From a phage: 64,000 nucleotides of DNA. Shown one piece after another: positions 12,998 to 24,105 of this stretch. Each line of letters begins with the position of its first letter. Position 1 is the stretch's first letter. The stretch is taken from sequence record PV946933.1. The stretch is one strand, 5' to 3'. Both the position numbers and the translations under genes were made by a program. The notes beneath the pieces are model-generated. The model worked only from the letters and a program-made list of their open reading frames with translations, was not told the DNA's origin and did not search any database.

Positions 12998-14976
12998 TGT
13001 GATATAGGCTCCAAATCGATAGTTAAGTATTGTGGACGTAAATCATTTTCAAATACAATCAGTGAACCATCGCGTGTGAAAATAACATCGTCTATTGGAT
13101 CAGAATATAGCTCAATAGTCTGAACCTCAAATTTATCGGATGTTAAATTAATTTTAGCGATATTCCAATAAATCATGTCAGCTGGATAATTTATTTCACC
13201 GATAACGTAGTATTTGTCGCGTCCATCGGAACTTGCTAATTTATTAAAATCATTGCCTGTATATGGCTGAATGTTTTCATTTTCTGTAACATCACCCGAA
13301 GCAAATGGACCAATAATAACTTTACCAATTCCTTTAGAATCTCGGTCTGTTGATACTATACGAACGTCATATAATACATCTTCTTCTAAGCCAGTATCAG
13401 GATTTACAACCTTTCGTCCGGAATTAAATGAAAACGTATTAGATTCCATAGAACGATCTTTTATTTGATTATTGTATTTAATACCTGCTTCAGGCGTTTT
13501 ATAGAAGTTTTGTACTTCACGAACCATTTGAATTGTCGCGGATGAGCCAATGATAGAATGATCTGCATCATCTACGTATGTCAACATCTTAGATTTAGCA
13601 AAAGATGAGTTAAAAATTTCTACATCTTCGGTATAATAACGATCAATTTTATCAATTATTTGACCTTCTAGCCACTGTTCTGATTCTTGCAGCTTATTTA
13701 AAGCATATGTGACTTTTAAATTAGTCTTAACAAAAAGATAATTAGGAGAAATAATTGATGGTGTAATAGGAGCTAAATTATAATCTTTGAGATAATTTTT
13801 AATATCTTCACGTTGTACAGTAGTTAAATATAGTCCTGATTTAGGTTTAGCAGCAATAAATGCATAACCAGGTTTAGTAGAATCAGTGAAAGTCTGAACC
13901 GCTTGAATAATAGAACCGAATCTTTCTGAAACGAATGTATCATAGTCGGTTGCAGTTACGCAGCGTTGCTGGGTTTCGCGTTTAATAGTGCCCAATTCGC
14001 GAATACGCTCAATATCTTCTGGATCGCCGCCGCCATCTGCCCCAACAAAATCTGGGTCATCGTTTGGGTTTTCGTTAATATTGATGACAGTTATATTTGT
14101 TAATGTATCTGCGTATGAAAATCCGACTGCGCCATTCGCATCTGCACCGTTAGTACTGATGTACTCAATAACAATCGTAGAGTTCTGAGTAGGTTTAAGA
14201 CCTCCAATATAATTAGCGGTCAATGCTCCTTCTGCCGCGTTAACAGAAATCTCACCTTCACCAAAATAAAATTCAGTATTTCCATCAATAGTTTCACGCA
14301 TGTAGTAAATTGTTGATGTAGAACCAGCATGAACCATTGACTTTCTTGTCCAGTTAATCCATTCTGCTCCATCAACGTATAGTTTAACTTGGTTTCTATC
14401 TATATTTTTGTCATAAATGATAATAGGTGTTAATTTATCATAAATGATTTCAGTTCTTACTATACGCCCCTGGGCTAATTTTAAACGCGGAAAATATTGG
14501 TTATTTTTATCGCGAATAGCAATAACATCTTCGGTAGATACAAAGTTGTAAGGATTAACGGAAGTATCTTTTGCATATGCTAAAAAGCGAGTACCACGAG
14601 GAATAGTAATGTAATTTCTATTCAATGCGTCTGTGCAAGTTAGCATAATTTCAGTTTGAGCAGCTGATTTTGAAGTAGGTAAATATCCATTATCTTGTGC
14701 CGCTTGAACTACTGAACTACGTAAGTTAGCAGTACGCATAAAGCTTTCATATACGGCAGCATTACCAAACTGCTGAATGTATAATGTATTATAAGCTAAA
14801 AGGTCACACAGAACGTTTAATCTTGAGCCTTCAAAATCATAATCCAAAAATTCATTTTGACCATTAAGCCATTCAATGAGGTTTTGTTTTATTTCAGCAA
14901 ATGTACCCCCGACGAATATCTCGGGAATAGCATTTGCTGTTCTTGTTAATTGATAATTTACAGGGGTATTTGCCAT
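12994..14976 (-). CDS. 6: Baseplate wedge protein gp6
   Basis: ORF track 660 aa, same length as T4 gp6; synteny. Confidence 0.9.
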   Translation of the reverse strand: MANTPVNYQLTRTANAIPEIFVGGTFAEIKQNLIEWLNGQNEFLDYDFEGSRLNVLCDLLAYNTLYIQQFGNAAVYESFMRTANLRSSVVQAAQDNGYLPTSKSAAQTEIMLTCTDALNRNYITIPRGTRFLAYAKDTSVNPYNFVSTEDVIAIRDKNNQYFPRLKLAQGRIVRTEIIYDKLTPIIIYDKNIDRNQVKLYVDGAEWINWTRKSMVHAGSTSTIYYMRETIDGNTEFYFGEGEISVNAAEGALTANYIGGLKPTQNSTIVIEYISTNGADANGAVGFSYADTLTNITVININENPNDDPDFVGADGGGDPEDIERIRELGTIKRETQQRCVTATDYDTFVSERFGSIIQAVQTFTDSTKPGYAFIAAKPKSGLYLTTVQREDIKNYLKDYNLAPITPSIISPNYLFVKTNLKVTYALNKLQESEQWLEGQIIDKIDRYYTEDVEIFNSSFAKSKMLTYVDDADHSIIGSSATIQMVREVQNFYKTPEAGIKYNNQIKDRSMESNTFSFNSGRKVVNPDTGLEEDVLYDVRIVSTDRDSKGIGKVIIGPFASGDVTENENIQPYTGNDFNKLASSDGRDKYYVIGEINYPADMIYWNIAKINLTSDKFEVQTIELYSDPIDDVIFTRDGSLIVFENDLRPQYLTIDLEPISQ

Positions 14977-14984
14977 TTTGAATC

Positions 14985-15278
14985 CTATTTAATGAATACT
15001 TTAGATGATGCCTGAGCCACAGTATCACCGCATGATATTGGATCAGCCATTTGAACAGCTTTCTTTCCAGTGACATATACTTTAGAAGTTCTAGGTTGTG
15101 TCACTCCGCCATGTGTTTCATATGGTTTTTTAATTTCTGTATGTTCTGTAATTGGATCACCTGCCACGAGAACAGCAATTCCTCCAGTGAATACTTTACT
15201 TTGTGTAGCATTCACAACTGTTGGAGGCCATGCTTCATGGCCAGCAGTAACACACTTATCATAACTTAATCCTGACAT
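14985..15278 (-). CDS. 5.4: PAAR-repeat spike tip protein gp5.4
   Basis: ORF track 97 aa; small protein between 5 and 6 matching T4 gp5.4 in size and position. Confidence 0.75.
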
Positions 15279-15836
15279 TTATTGCCTCTCATACACGTAG
15301 CTTCTTAATTTATTAGCCCAACGACTCCAATTTCCAACTATAGTTTTTGTATAATTTTTAACAAGGGTTTTTCTTATTGGAGCAGGAGGATCCGTTGGTT
15401 CAGTAGTATCAGAAGATGACCTAGAATTACTGCCAGAACCTCCAGATTCACTTTGTTCTTGATAGTCATATATTAATGTTACTTCATAAGTGAATGTCTT
15501 CTGGAGGTTTTGAGGAGCTTTCCATAGATATAACTGAGTATTAGAATCAGTTGGAAGGTCTTCCCATGAAGCAGCAGTTTTAAATTCATTATCTAAACGA
15601 TATTTCAATGCGTCATTTCCAAATCCAAATACAGATTCATACGTTCCATATAAACGATTTTCTTCTACTAAAACCCCAGGAGTTTCTTCGTAACTAGTTA
15701 TATTTATAGATACTAACGTTTCACCTGTTTCTAATTGAGCGGTAAAGGTGACGTCGATAGAAGAACCTTCCATGGATTCTCCTAAATCAGCGCTCATTGG
15801 AAGTATATTAGCCAATGTCAATCCTCGATCCATCAA
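15279..15836 (-). CDS. Hypothetical baseplate-region protein (gene 5.1-like); start uncertain, overlaps gene 5 end
   Basis: ORF track 185 aa between 5 and 5.4; acidic Ser/Gly-rich segment. Confidence 0.55.
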
Positions 15837-17535
15837 TTGTGTATTGACCAGATGAAATAGAACTCATAGATGCCATTTTTTCTGTCCAATCACCACCAAC
15901 GTCCCAATCAACTGTCCCAGCAACTTTCCAAGAAAGATTTCCATTTACTGTATTAGTCTGATTTCCTTCAACTAAAGTGGTAGCATCCCCTTTAACTGTA
16001 ATGTCAGCATTACCTTCAACTACAATAGTAACATTGCCTTTAACTAGGATAGTTCCATTACCTTCAACTGTCTTAGTTTCATCGCCACGCACAAATATTG
16101 TGTTGCTTCCATCTATTTGGTGAAGACGATTATCCATGTTGTAATAAATTTCTGATCCACCGACGTTAGTCTTTTTATCGCCAGCTACCAAAAAATTACC
16201 GTCAGCATTTGTTATATCATACAAATTATCAACAGTTTTTCTCGTTCTTCTTCCTGATGGTGATACTTCCTCATACGTTCCAGTCGGATGAACTAATCTG
16301 TATCGTTCTTGCCCAGGGGTATCATCAAATTCCTGAATATGACCGCTTTCAGTTTCCATTGTGTGAACATACGGATATTCACCTTTATATGAAGAAACAG
16401 GTTCTTTGAATAAAATTCTCGAATCATTCGGAATAGGAGGGTCAGCCGGGTCAGAAGACTTTGCTACAGTAGCAGCCATTGCTGACAAAGACCTAGCTGG
16501 TGTTTTAACTTCAATACCGTATGATTCCAAATTACCTGTAAGAATAATCATGGTAACACGGGATGCACGGCCTTTTGTTTGTTGATACCATAATGAATCA
16601 CGACCGGCTTTGTATGCTTTTTCCCAATCTCCGGCTAACATAGCAGTTAACATTGTGTTAAATTTAGCTACACCGCCAACACCCATCTGAAATGCCATAT
16701 TTTCTAATGCCATTTGACGAGAACGATTAACTGCTTTCCAAACTGGGCCAACTTTAGAATGTGATTTAATGTCACGTTGCATATCAGCTAAATCACGTTC
16801 AAATAAAGTTACCGCTTCTTCCATTGTAATAGAACCTGGATTTCCGGTAATTTCACGACCAACTTGTTTTGATAAAACTTTATTAATTTGGGCCATATCA
16901 CGAACTGGTTGCTTCATGATAAGATGACCAATACCAATTGTCGGATATCCTTCTGTATCCCAATAAACTTTTAGTCTTAATCCTTCATCACGGCGAAGCA
17001 TTTCAGCCATTGACATATTTGGATTATCATCAGTTGGAATCTCTGATAGCGGTCTATCATCAGGATTTATCGCAGTGTCTAGATTGCTATCTTGGATAAT
17101 GTTAGAAGACGAATCATATCCTACTTCTCCGCCTTGGTTTAATACGTTAGTATCATTTCCTAGACGTCTAGGATACTGCCCAGTTGGGTCAGAAAATCCT
17201 TCAAGTCTATTAGGTTTTTCGCGAACTATCCCACCATACGTGCCAAGGACAATTCCGTTAGTTTTCCATTTGTCTAAAAAATGACCATAAACTCTAGTTC
17301 CTTCTACTGGTCCTGTAACAGAACCTCCAATTCCAGACATTGCTGCAGAAGTTATCGGTTGAATAACTGACATCCATGGCAATTTATCGGTTGGAATACC
17401 CATTACATCGCCTTGCGCTCTTTGGGGTGGATGCAGACCAACCACACGAACACGAACGCGACCTAATTTTAATGGGTCCATTCTATCTTCAACAACACCA
17501 ACAAACCAGTTGAGGTTATTACTTATCATTTCCAT
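15808..17535 (-). CDS. 5: Baseplate hub and tail lysozyme gp5 (cell-puncturing device)
   Basis: ORF track 575 aa, same length as T4 gp5; internal lysozyme domain LRRDEGLRLKVYWDTEGYPTIGIGHL paralogous to gene e; C-terminal VxGxxxxxV beta-helix repeats. Confidence 0.9.
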   Translation of the reverse strand: MEMISNNLNWFVGVVEDRMDPLKLGRVRVRVVGLHPPQRAQGDVMGIPTDKLPWMSVIQPITSAAMSGIGGSVTGPVEGTRVYGHFLDKWKTNGIVLGTYGGIVREKPNRLEGFSDPTGQYPRRLGNDTNVLNQGGEVGYDSSSNIIQDSNLDTAINPDDRPLSEIPTDDNPNMSMAEMLRRDEGLRLKVYWDTEGYPTIGIGHLIMKQPVRDMAQINKVLSKQVGREITGNPGSITMEEAVTLFERDLADMQRDIKSHSKVGPVWKAVNRSRQMALENMAFQMGVGGVAKFNTMLTAMLAGDWEKAYKAGRDSLWYQQTKGRASRVTMIILTGNLESYGIEVKTPARSLSAMAATVAKSSDPADPPIPNDSRILFKEPVSSYKGEYPYVHTMETESGHIQEFDDTPGQERYRLVHPTGTYEEVSPSGRRTRKTVDNLYDITNADGNFLVAGDKKTNVGGSEIYYNMDNRLHQIDGSNTIFVRGDETKTVEGNGTILVKGNVTIVVEGNADITVKGDATTLVEGNQTNTVNGNLSWKVAGTVDWDVGGDWTEKMASMSSISSGQYTIDGSRIDIG

Positions 17536-18109
17536 AAGATTTCTCCATTATACGTATAAGGTCGTTCATAAATGAATTGATGTCTGATTTTGCTATTATT
17601 TTTATTTGACGAAGTTTTTCATTTTCAAGAACAGCAGCTTCATACGTATCAACAGCAGCAAGTGCTCCTTCATATTGAGGATATTTTCTAGCTTTATCGC
17701 CTTTGTCATACCAAACATATGGATTATCATCGTATGATATTAAATTATAAAATTTTTCACCATTCTCATTCACATGATATACTATTTGGTCTCCACCTAC
17801 ATTTTTGTATTTTTGTATAGATGCTTGATAAGCAGCTTCTTGCGAAGTAATCCATCCATAATACGGATCATAATTATCATTACACATCAATAAAACCCAA
17901 TACAACTGCGGATTTCCATATATAGCATTTGCTAATTCTTCCGGGCGTGGTGAACCTTTAATATAATAAGTACGTAAGCGGTATCCCGCAAGAGCGCGTT
18001 TGAAATAGTCTTTATAGTTTCTAAAAATATCTGTCATAGGAATAGTCGGCGCGTTTTTATTCACCGTTTTGGCCGCATATTCAATCGGATCAAAAAATGT
18101 AAAGAGCAT
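17519..18109 (-). CDS. 53: Baseplate wedge protein gp53
   Basis: ORF track 196 aa, same length as T4 gp53; synteny. Confidence 0.85.
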   Translation of the reverse strand: MLFTFFDPIEYAAKTVNKNAPTIPMTDIFRNYKDYFKRALAGYRLRTYYIKGSPRPEELANAIYGNPQLYWVLLMCNDNYDPYYGWITSQEAAYQASIQKYKNVGGDQIVYHVNENGEKFYNLISYDDNPYVWYDKGDKARKYPQYEGALAAVDTYEAAVLENEKLRQIKIIAKSDINSFMNDLIRIMEKSYGNDK

Positions 18110-18122
18110 GGGCCCTCCTGTT

Positions 18123-18130
18123 TATAAATA
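18123..18130 (+). promoter_or_regulatory. T4-type late promoter TATAAATA for gene 4
   Basis: TATAAATA about 27 nt upstream of gene 4 ATG in the 47-nt divergent 53/4 intergenic region. Confidence 0.55.
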
Positions 18131-18137
18131 TATTATC

Positions 18138-18145
18138 TATTTATA
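18138..18145 (-). promoter_or_regulatory. T4-type late promoter (minus-strand TATAAATA) for gene 53
   Basis: Plus TATTTATA about 29 nt upstream of minus-strand gene 53 start. Confidence 0.5.
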
Positions 18146-18156
18146 AGGAGAATCCA

Positions 18157-18609
18157 ATGGCATATTCTGGAAAATGGGTTCCTAAAAATATATCAAAATA
18201 TAGAGGTGACCCTAAAAAAATTACGTATAGATCAAATTGGGAAAAATTCTTTTTTGAATGGTTAGATAAAAATCCAGAAATTATTGCATGGGGTAGTGAA
18301 ACAGCAGTAATTCCTTATTTTTGTAATGCAGAAGGGAAAAAACGTAGATACTTCATGGATATTTGGATGAAAGATTCTTCTGGACAAGAATTTTTTATTG
18401 AAATAAAACCTAAAAAAGAAACACAACCGCCGGTTAAACCAGCACATCTAACAACCGCAGCGAAGAAAAGATTTATGAATGAAATTTATACATATTCTGT
18501 TAACACTGATAAATGGAAAGCAGCACAATCTTTAGCTGAAAAGCGTGGAATAAAATTTAGAATTCTAACAGAAGATGGATTACGAGCTCTTGGCTTTAAG
18601 GGGGCATAA
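18157..18609 (+). CDS. 4: Head completion protein gp4
   Basis: ORF track 150 aa, same length as T4 gp4; synteny 53/4/2. Confidence 0.85.
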   Translation: MAYSGKWVPKNISKYRGDPKKITYRSNWEKFFFEWLDKNPEIIAWGSETAVIPYFCNAEGKKRRYFMDIWMKDSSGQEFFIEIKPKKETQPPVKPAHLTTAAKKRFMNEIYTYSVNTDKWKAAQSLAEKRGIKFRILTEDGLRALGFKGA

Positions 18610-19433
18610 TGGCTATTTTTCAAATAATTAATGAAAGCACTCCCCAAGTTCCAAAGGTTAAGCAATCATTAAACGAAAAGAAATGGATTCAGATAGGTCT
18701 TGAATACAAAAAGGCCAAAGCAAAAGGAATGACAGGAAAGCAATTTGCTGAAGAAAGAGGAATCAAATACTCTACGTTTACTTCGGCAATGTCAAAATAT
18801 GCTTCAGGAATTAAAACAGCTGAAAAGATTCAAAAGCTTGAATCAAAACCAATGAATAAACTCAATAAGCAAGAAAGACAACTGCTTATGATAAATTCAT
18901 TCAGGCAAACATTGCGTGATAAAATTCGCAATGAAGGTGCAGCAATTAATAATAAAACCAGAAAGTGGTTTGCTGAAACTATTAAGCAGGTAAAAGGACA
19001 TAAAGTTGTTCGCCCGCAGCCGGGACGAATATATGCTTTTGCTTACGATGCTAAACACAAGGAAACTCTTCCTTATTGGGATAAATTTCCTTTGATAATT
19101 TACCTCGGTTTAGGTAAACACAATTTAATGTACGGATTGAACTTGCACTATATTCCACCTAAAGCTCGTCAGCAATTTCTAGAAGAGCTTTTAAAGCAAT
19201 ATTCAAATACACCTACTATTACTAATAAAACGAAATTAAAAATTGATTGGAGTCAAGTGAAAGGATTTAGAGGTGCAGACCAAATGATTAAGGCATATAT
19301 ACCTGGTAATATCATGGGTAGCCTTGTTGAAATCGCCCCGAAAGACTGGGCGAACGTTGTGTTAATGCCACTTCAGCAGTTCGTTTCAAAAGGAAAACGT
19401 TTCTCTGCAAACAAAGTCTGGTCAAATATCTAA
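18609..19433 (+). CDS. 2: DNA end protector protein gp2
   Basis: ORF track 274 aa, same length as T4 gp2; synteny. Confidence 0.85.
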   Translation: MAIFQIINESTPQVPKVKQSLNEKKWIQIGLEYKKAKAKGMTGKQFAEERGIKYSTFTSAMSKYASGIKTAEKIQKLESKPMNKLNKQERQLLMINSFRQTLRDKIRNEGAAINNKTRKWFAETIKQVKGHKVVRPQPGRIYAFAYDAKHKETLPYWDKFPLIIYLGLGKHNLMYGLNLHYIPPKARQQFLEELLKQYSNTPTITNKTKLKIDWSQVKGFRGADQMIKAYIPGNIMGSLVEIAPKDWANVVLMPLQQFVSKGKRFSANKVWSNI

Positions 19434-19539
19434 TTCTATTATCTTCCATTCTTTTCTATTGTTTGTTCTAATTGGAATTGAATGGAAGGGACTTAGACCC
19501 ATTATACCACCAACATTTATAAAGCATTATGAGGAATAT

Positions 19540-20070
19540 ATGTCACAAGCTCTGCAACAAATTTTTAACCAAGCAAATACAACTAACTTTGTAGTATCAA
19601 TACCACATAGTAATACTACATCTGCTTTTACTTTAAATGCTCAGTCAGTTCCTATTCCGGGAATTAGGATACCTGTTACTGATACCGTGACTGGGCCGTT
19701 TGGACTAGGCCGAGCACAGCGTCCAGGAGTTACATTTGAGTACGACCCACTCATTGTGAGATTTATAGTTGATGAAGAGCTTAAGTCGTGGATAGGAATG
19801 TATGAATGGATGCTAGGAACTAGTAACTATCTTACAGGCGAAAATACTGCCCAAAAAACAGGTCCTGAATACATTACGCTTTACATTTTAGATAATAGTA
19901 AAACTGAAATCGTGATGTCAATAAATTTTTATAAGCCCTGGGTTTCTGACCTGTCTGAAGTAGAATTTAGCTACACAGAAGATTCAGACCCAGCCTTAGT
20001 ATGCACAGCAACGATTCCTTATACGTATTTTCAAGTAGAAAAAGATGGAAAAATTATAGCAGAAGTTTAA
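19540..20070 (+). CDS. 3: Tail completion/sheath stabiliser protein gp3
   Basis: ORF track frame 19459..20070; start moved to internal ATG (MSQALQQIFN) giving 176 aa as in T4 gp3. Confidence 0.8.
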   Translation: MSQALQQIFNQANTTNFVVSIPHSNTTSAFTLNAQSVPIPGIRIPVTDTVTGPFGLGRAQRPGVTFEYDPLIVRFIVDEELKSWIGMYEWMLGTSNYLTGENTAQKTGPEYITLYILDNSKTEIVMSINFYKPWVSDLSEVEFSYTEDSDPALVCTATIPYTYFQVEKDGKIIAEV

Positions 20071-20094
20071 TGCTTCAGTTTCATGTGTTATAAT
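20069..20094 (+). promoter_or_regulatory. Candidate MotA-dependent middle promoter for gene 1 (MotA box aaTGCTTcA plus TATAAT)
   Basis: TGCTT box followed 11 nt later by TATAAT in the 3/1 intergenic region. Confidence 0.3.
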
Positions 20095-20119
20095 CTTAAC
20101 TAAATTTGAGGAGAAACAT

Positions 20120-20832
20120 ATGAAACTAATCTTTTTAAGTGGTGTAAAGCGTAGTGGAAAAGATACTACTGCAGATTTTATTATGAATAATTATTCTGCA
20201 GTTAAATATCAACTTGCTGGTCCTATTAAGGATGCATTGGCTTATGCATGGGGTGTATTTGCAGCAAACACTGACTATCCTTGTTTAACTCGTAAAGAGT
20301 TTGAAGGAATTGACTATGATCGTGAAACTAATTTAAATCTGACTAAATTAGAAGTAATTACGATTATGGAACAAGCATTTTGCTATCTTAATAGTAAAAG
20401 CCCAATTAAAGGTGTGTTTGTTTTTGATGACGCAGTTAATTTCGTAGCATTTAACAAGATTGCTGACGTTATAAATAATATTGAAGATCAATGGTCAGTC
20501 CGTCGTCTGATGCAAGCCCTAGGTACGGATTTGATTGTTAATAACTTCGACCGCATGTATTGGGTAAAATTATTTGCTTTAGATTATCTTGATAAATTTA
20601 ACTCAGGTTATGATTATTATATCGTTCCTGATACTCGTCAAGATCATGAAATGGATGCGGCTAGGGCGATGGGTGCTACAGTAATTCATGTAGTTCGTCC
20701 TGGTCAAAAATCCAATGATACTCATATTACAGAAGCTGGATTGCCAATTCGTGATGGCGATTTAGTAATTACAAACGATGGTTCTCTTGAAGAACTTTTT
20801 TCTAAAATTAAAAATACACTAAAGGTACTATA

Positions 20833-20833
<1 letters not shown>
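20120..20833 (+). CDS. 1: Deoxynucleoside monophosphate kinase gp1
   Basis: ORF track 237 aa; P-loop-like GVKRSGKDT near N-terminus; position between 3 and 57A. Confidence 0.85.
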
Positions 20834-21530
<697 letters not shown>

Positions 21531-21542
21531 TTTCACAAAGTT

Positions 21543-21572
21543 GTTTACACGTTGATGAGGTAGTGATACTAT
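21543..21572 (+). promoter_or_regulatory. T4-type early promoter (GTTTAC, 18 nt, TACTAT) with 9-bp inverted repeat bracketing the -10
   Basis: GTTTAC...TGATACTAT; GATGAGGTA/TACCTCATC inverted repeat flanks the -10. Confidence 0.5.
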
Positions 21573-21602
21573 TACCTCATCAAAATTAATTAGGAAAATA
21601 AA

Positions 21603-21875
21603 ATGAAAACTTTCAAAGAGTTTATCGTTGAATCTGCTCTTAATGAAGAAGTAAAAATTAGCAAATCTGTTAAGACTATGATTGATAATATAAATCATCT
21701 TTATAACATTGATTTGACGAATCATGTAACGTTAGGAAATAAACGAAACTTTTTTGTATTTGATATTTCAGAACTTGATCAGAATCAAATTAATAATATT
21801 GAACGCTTTGCTAATGAAAAAGGTCTGCGTCACGAGACGGCTGGTTATAAAAAATATGCAATTTATTTAAAATAA
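21603..21875 (+). CDS. Internal protein (IPI-locus) with capsid-targeting leader
   Basis: ORF track 90 aa; N-terminus MKTFKEFIVE matches the T4 internal-protein capsid-targeting sequence; position of ipI next to 57B. Confidence 0.7.
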   Translation: MKTFKEFIVESALNEEVKISKSVKTMIDNINHLYNIDLTNHVTLGNKRNFFVFDISELDQNQINNIERFANEKGLRHETAGYKKYAIYLK

Positions 21876-21878
21876 ATT

Positions 21879-21908
21879 GTTTACACGGTGGTTTAGTTGT
21901 GATACTAT
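21879..21908 (+). promoter_or_regulatory. T4-type early promoter
   Basis: GTTTAC, 18 nt, TACTAT upstream of next IP gene. Confidence 0.5.
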
Positions 21909-21942
21909 TACCCTATCAAAACAAAACTAAATGGAAATCAAA

Positions 21943-22251
21943 ATGAAAACATATCAAGAATTTATCAATGAAGCGGCTGCACCAAAGACATTCGTTATTA
22001 ATACTCAGGCGAGTCTTGATGATGAGTACGCGGAGGCAATTCTGAGGTCACTTGCTAAGAACGGCGTTGAAGTAATCGCCTCGGACTTTAAGAAAGGGGC
22101 TTCCGAGATGTTTATTTCTATAACTAAAGGATCTAAAGCTAAAATCAAATCATCATTCGGTGTTGCTCGTACCGATCAAATCGACAATCATGACTTTAAA
22201 CAAACTGGTGTTAAACGGCAGAACACAATTGCATCACGCGGAATAAAATAG
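21943..22251 (+). CDS. Internal protein (IPII-like) with capsid-targeting leader
   Basis: ORF track frame, start at second ATG giving MKTYQEFINE leader; paralogous to ORF 30753..31055. Confidence 0.7.
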   Translation: MKTYQEFINEAAAPKTFVINTQASLDDEYAEAILRSLAKNGVEVIASDFKKGASEMFISITKGSKAKIKSSFGVARTDQIDNHDFKQTGVKRQNTIASRGIK

Positions 22252-22263
22252 TTTATAAAAACA

Positions 22264-22293
22264 GTTTACTTTTAGATGGGGTAGTGATACTAT
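22264..22293 (+). promoter_or_regulatory. T4-type early promoter with inverted repeat bracketing -10
   Basis: GTTTAC, 18 nt, TACTAT; GATGGGGTA/TACCCTATC imperfect inverted repeat. Confidence 0.5.
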
Positions 22294-22321
22294 TACCCTA
22301 TCAACTACTGAGGAGAATAAA

Positions 22322-22507
22322 ATGAAACGTTGTGAATTAATTCGAAATGTTGCTATTGCAATTTCTGCTTCCGCTTTTAGTTTTTCAATGTTTGTTGGAT
22401 TTATATGCGGATTATTAACTACAGCAGAAAATGTTTTTTCACTTGTAGTAGCATTTTTAATTGGTTTAATCGCTATTGTTATGGATAAAATTTCTAAAGG
22501 TGAATAG
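22322..22507 (+). CDS. Small hydrophobic membrane protein
   Basis: ORF track 61 aa; two predicted TM helices; GAGGAG RBS upstream. Confidence 0.5.
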   Translation: MKRCELIRNVAIAISASAFSFSMFVGFICGLLTTAENVFSLVVAFLIGLIAIVMDKISKGE

Positions 22508-22508
22508 A

Positions 22509-22886
22509 ATGTATAAAGTGTACGCGGATTATCAGGCTAATCCATCTAAAAAGCCAAGCTGTCAAATAGGATGGGCTCATGATACTTTGCTTGAAGCAGT
22601 AGATGCTGCTCAAAAATTGGGATATAAATATGTAGAGATTGTTCAACTACCATCAGGAAAAGTTATTACTCTTGAAGAGTTCAATAATATTAAACCAAAC
22701 TTTTTACTTTTTGCAGGTGATAATTATTATCCTCGTGGTGGATATGATGATTTGATTGCGTATGCTGAAACAGAAGATGAATTACGCCAAATTATTGAAG
22801 ACAATAAATCAAAACGATTTGGCGATAGTTTTGACTGGTGGCAAATCGTAAATGCCCATACACATACTATTGTTGATAAAGGTTAA
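22509..22886 (+). CDS. Hypothetical protein
   Basis: ORF track frame 22476..22886; start moved to ATG after AAAGGTGA RBS (MYKVYADYQ). Confidence 0.55.
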   Translation: MYKVYADYQANPSKKPSCQIGWAHDTLLEAVDAAQKLGYKYVEIVQLPSGKVITLEEFNNIKPNFLLFAGDNYYPRGGYDDLIAYAETEDELRQIIEDNKSKRFGDSFDWWQIVNAHTHTIVDKG

Positions 22887-22888
22887 TA

Positions 22889-23176
22889 ATGATTCTTTAT
22901 GCGAAAGTATCATCCATTGAAAATGGATATAAATATGATCAAGAAGCAGCTAAAGCCTTGATTGATGATTATGGCATTTTAACATGTTTTGAAGTTGAAA
23001 AGGTTTACATTGACCGTTCATCTTCTCAAGTTAAATTAGTGAAGGAAGACCGTAAATTTAATACAGTAAATTTTGATTTCTTTATTGAAACAGAAAAAGG
23101 TCCTCTTGAATATGATATTTTCAAGAATCCTTTGGGTCTTGAATGCATCGTAAATATGTATTATCATAAATGGTAA
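22889..23176 (+). CDS. Hypothetical protein
   Basis: ORF track 95 aa; tightly packed after previous gene. Confidence 0.5.
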   Translation: MILYAKVSSIENGYKYDQEAAKALIDDYGILTCFEVEKVYIDRSSSQVKLVKEDRKFNTVNFDFFIETEKGPLEYDIFKNPLGLECIVNMYYHKW

Positions 23177-23273
23177 ATATGCTTTAAGAATTATTTGTTA
23201 TTATTAACTCATATCGCACTGATTAATACCCTCTATCATCAAGGGTTCTTGTTTGAGAGCCTTTGTTAATAAT

Positions 23274-23346
23274 TGGGAATTAGCCAAGTTGGTAAGGCAT
23301 AGCATTTTGACTGCTAGATGCAAAGGTTCGAGTCCTTTATTCCCAG
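23274..23346 (+). tRNA. tRNA-Gln (anticodon UUG)
   Basis: Cloverleaf readable: acceptor tgggaat/attccca, anticodon stem tagca/tgcta, loop ttTTGac, T-arm GGTTCGAGTCC; CCA not encoded. Confidence 0.8.
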
Positions 23347-23347
23347 C

Positions 23348-23434
23348 GCGAGAATGGTCAAATTGGTAAAGGCACAGCACTTAAAATGCTGCGGAATGAT
23401 TTCCTTGTGGGTTCGAGTCCCACTTCTCGCACCA
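23348..23434 (+). tRNA. tRNA-Leu (anticodon UAA)
   Basis: Acceptor gcgagaa/ttctcgc, loop ctTAAaa, long variable arm, T-arm GGTTCGAGTCC, CCA encoded. Confidence 0.8.
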
Positions 23435-23439
23435 AATTT

Positions 23440-23513
<74 letters not shown>

Positions 23514-23523
23514 ATTTAATTTA

Positions 23524-23597
23524 CTCCGTGTAGCTCAGTTTGGTAGAGCGCCTGATTTGGGATCAGGAGGTCCAAGGTTCAAATCCTTGTATGGAGA
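23524..23597 (+). tRNA. tRNA-Pro (anticodon UGG)
   Basis: Acceptor ctccgtg/tatggag (two GU pairs), anticodon stem cctga/tcagg, loop ttTGGga, T-arm GGTTCAAATCC; CCA not encoded. Confidence 0.75.
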
Positions 23598-23599
23598 CT

Positions 23600-23689
23600 G
23601 GAGGCGTGGCAGAGTGGTTTAATGCACCGGTCTTGAAAACCGGCAGTCGCTCCGGCGACTCATAGGTTCAAATCCTATCGCCTCCGCCA
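23600..23689 (+). tRNA. tRNA-Ser (anticodon UGA)
   Basis: Acceptor ggaggcg/cgcctcc, anticodon stem ccggt/accgg, loop ctTGAaa, long variable arm, CCA encoded. Confidence 0.8.
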
Positions 23690-23694
23690 GTTTT

Positions 23695-23770
23695 GCTGAT
23701 TTAGCTCAGTAGGTAGAGCAACTCACTTGTAATGAGAAGGTCGGCGGTTCGATTCCGTCAATCAGCACCA
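23695..23770 (+). tRNA. tRNA-Thr (anticodon UGU)
   Basis: Acceptor gctgatt/aatcagc, loop ctTGTaa, T-arm GGTTCGATTCC, CCA encoded. Confidence 0.8.
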
Positions 23771-23771
23771 A

Positions 23772-23846
23772 GGCCCTGTAGCTGGAAGGTTCAAGCAAGC
23801 GACTCATAATCGCCAGATGGTGGTTCAATTCCACCCAGGGCCACCA
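23772..23846 (+). tRNA. tRNA with CAU anticodon (most likely tRNA-Ile read as AUA after C34 modification, as in T4; tRNA-Met not excluded)
   Basis: Acceptor ggccctg/cagggcc, loop ctCATaa, T-arm GGTTCAATTCC, CCA encoded. Confidence 0.7.
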
Positions 23847-23859
23847 AATTAAGAATTAA

Positions 23860-23946
23860 GGGGAGTTATCCCGTAGAGGTAGCGGTGTGGACTGTAAATC
23901 CATTGTCATTGCGACTCGGGTGGTTCGACTCCATCACTCCCCACCA
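23860..23946 (+). tRNA. tRNA-Tyr (anticodon GUA), class II with long variable arm
   Basis: Acceptor ggggagt/actcccc, anticodon stem gtgga/tccat, loop ctGTAaa, variable stem-loop, T-loop ttcgact, CCA encoded. Confidence 0.7.
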
Positions 23947-23950
23947 ATTT

Positions 23951-24025
23951 GGATGTGTAGCTCAATGGCAGAGCGATCGCCTGTTAAGCGATTGGTTATA
24001 GGTTCGAATCCTATCACGTCCGCCA
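23951..24025 (+). tRNA. tRNA-Asn (anticodon GUU)
   Basis: Acceptor ggatgtg/cacgtcc, D-stem gctc/gagc, anticodon stem atcgc/gcgat, loop ctGTTaa, T-arm GGTTCGAATCC, CCA encoded. Confidence 0.75.
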
Positions 24026-24029
24026 AATC

Positions 24030-24105
24030 CGAGGCATAGCTCAGAAGGAAGAGCAAGGACCTTCTAAGTCCTGGGTCGTAGGTTCGATCCCTACTGCCTC
24101 GACCA
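24030..24105 (+). tRNA. tRNA-Arg (anticodon UCU)
   Basis: Acceptor cgaggca/tgcctcg, anticodon stem aggac/gtcct, loop ctTCTaa, T-arm GGTTCGATCC, CCA encoded. Confidence 0.8.
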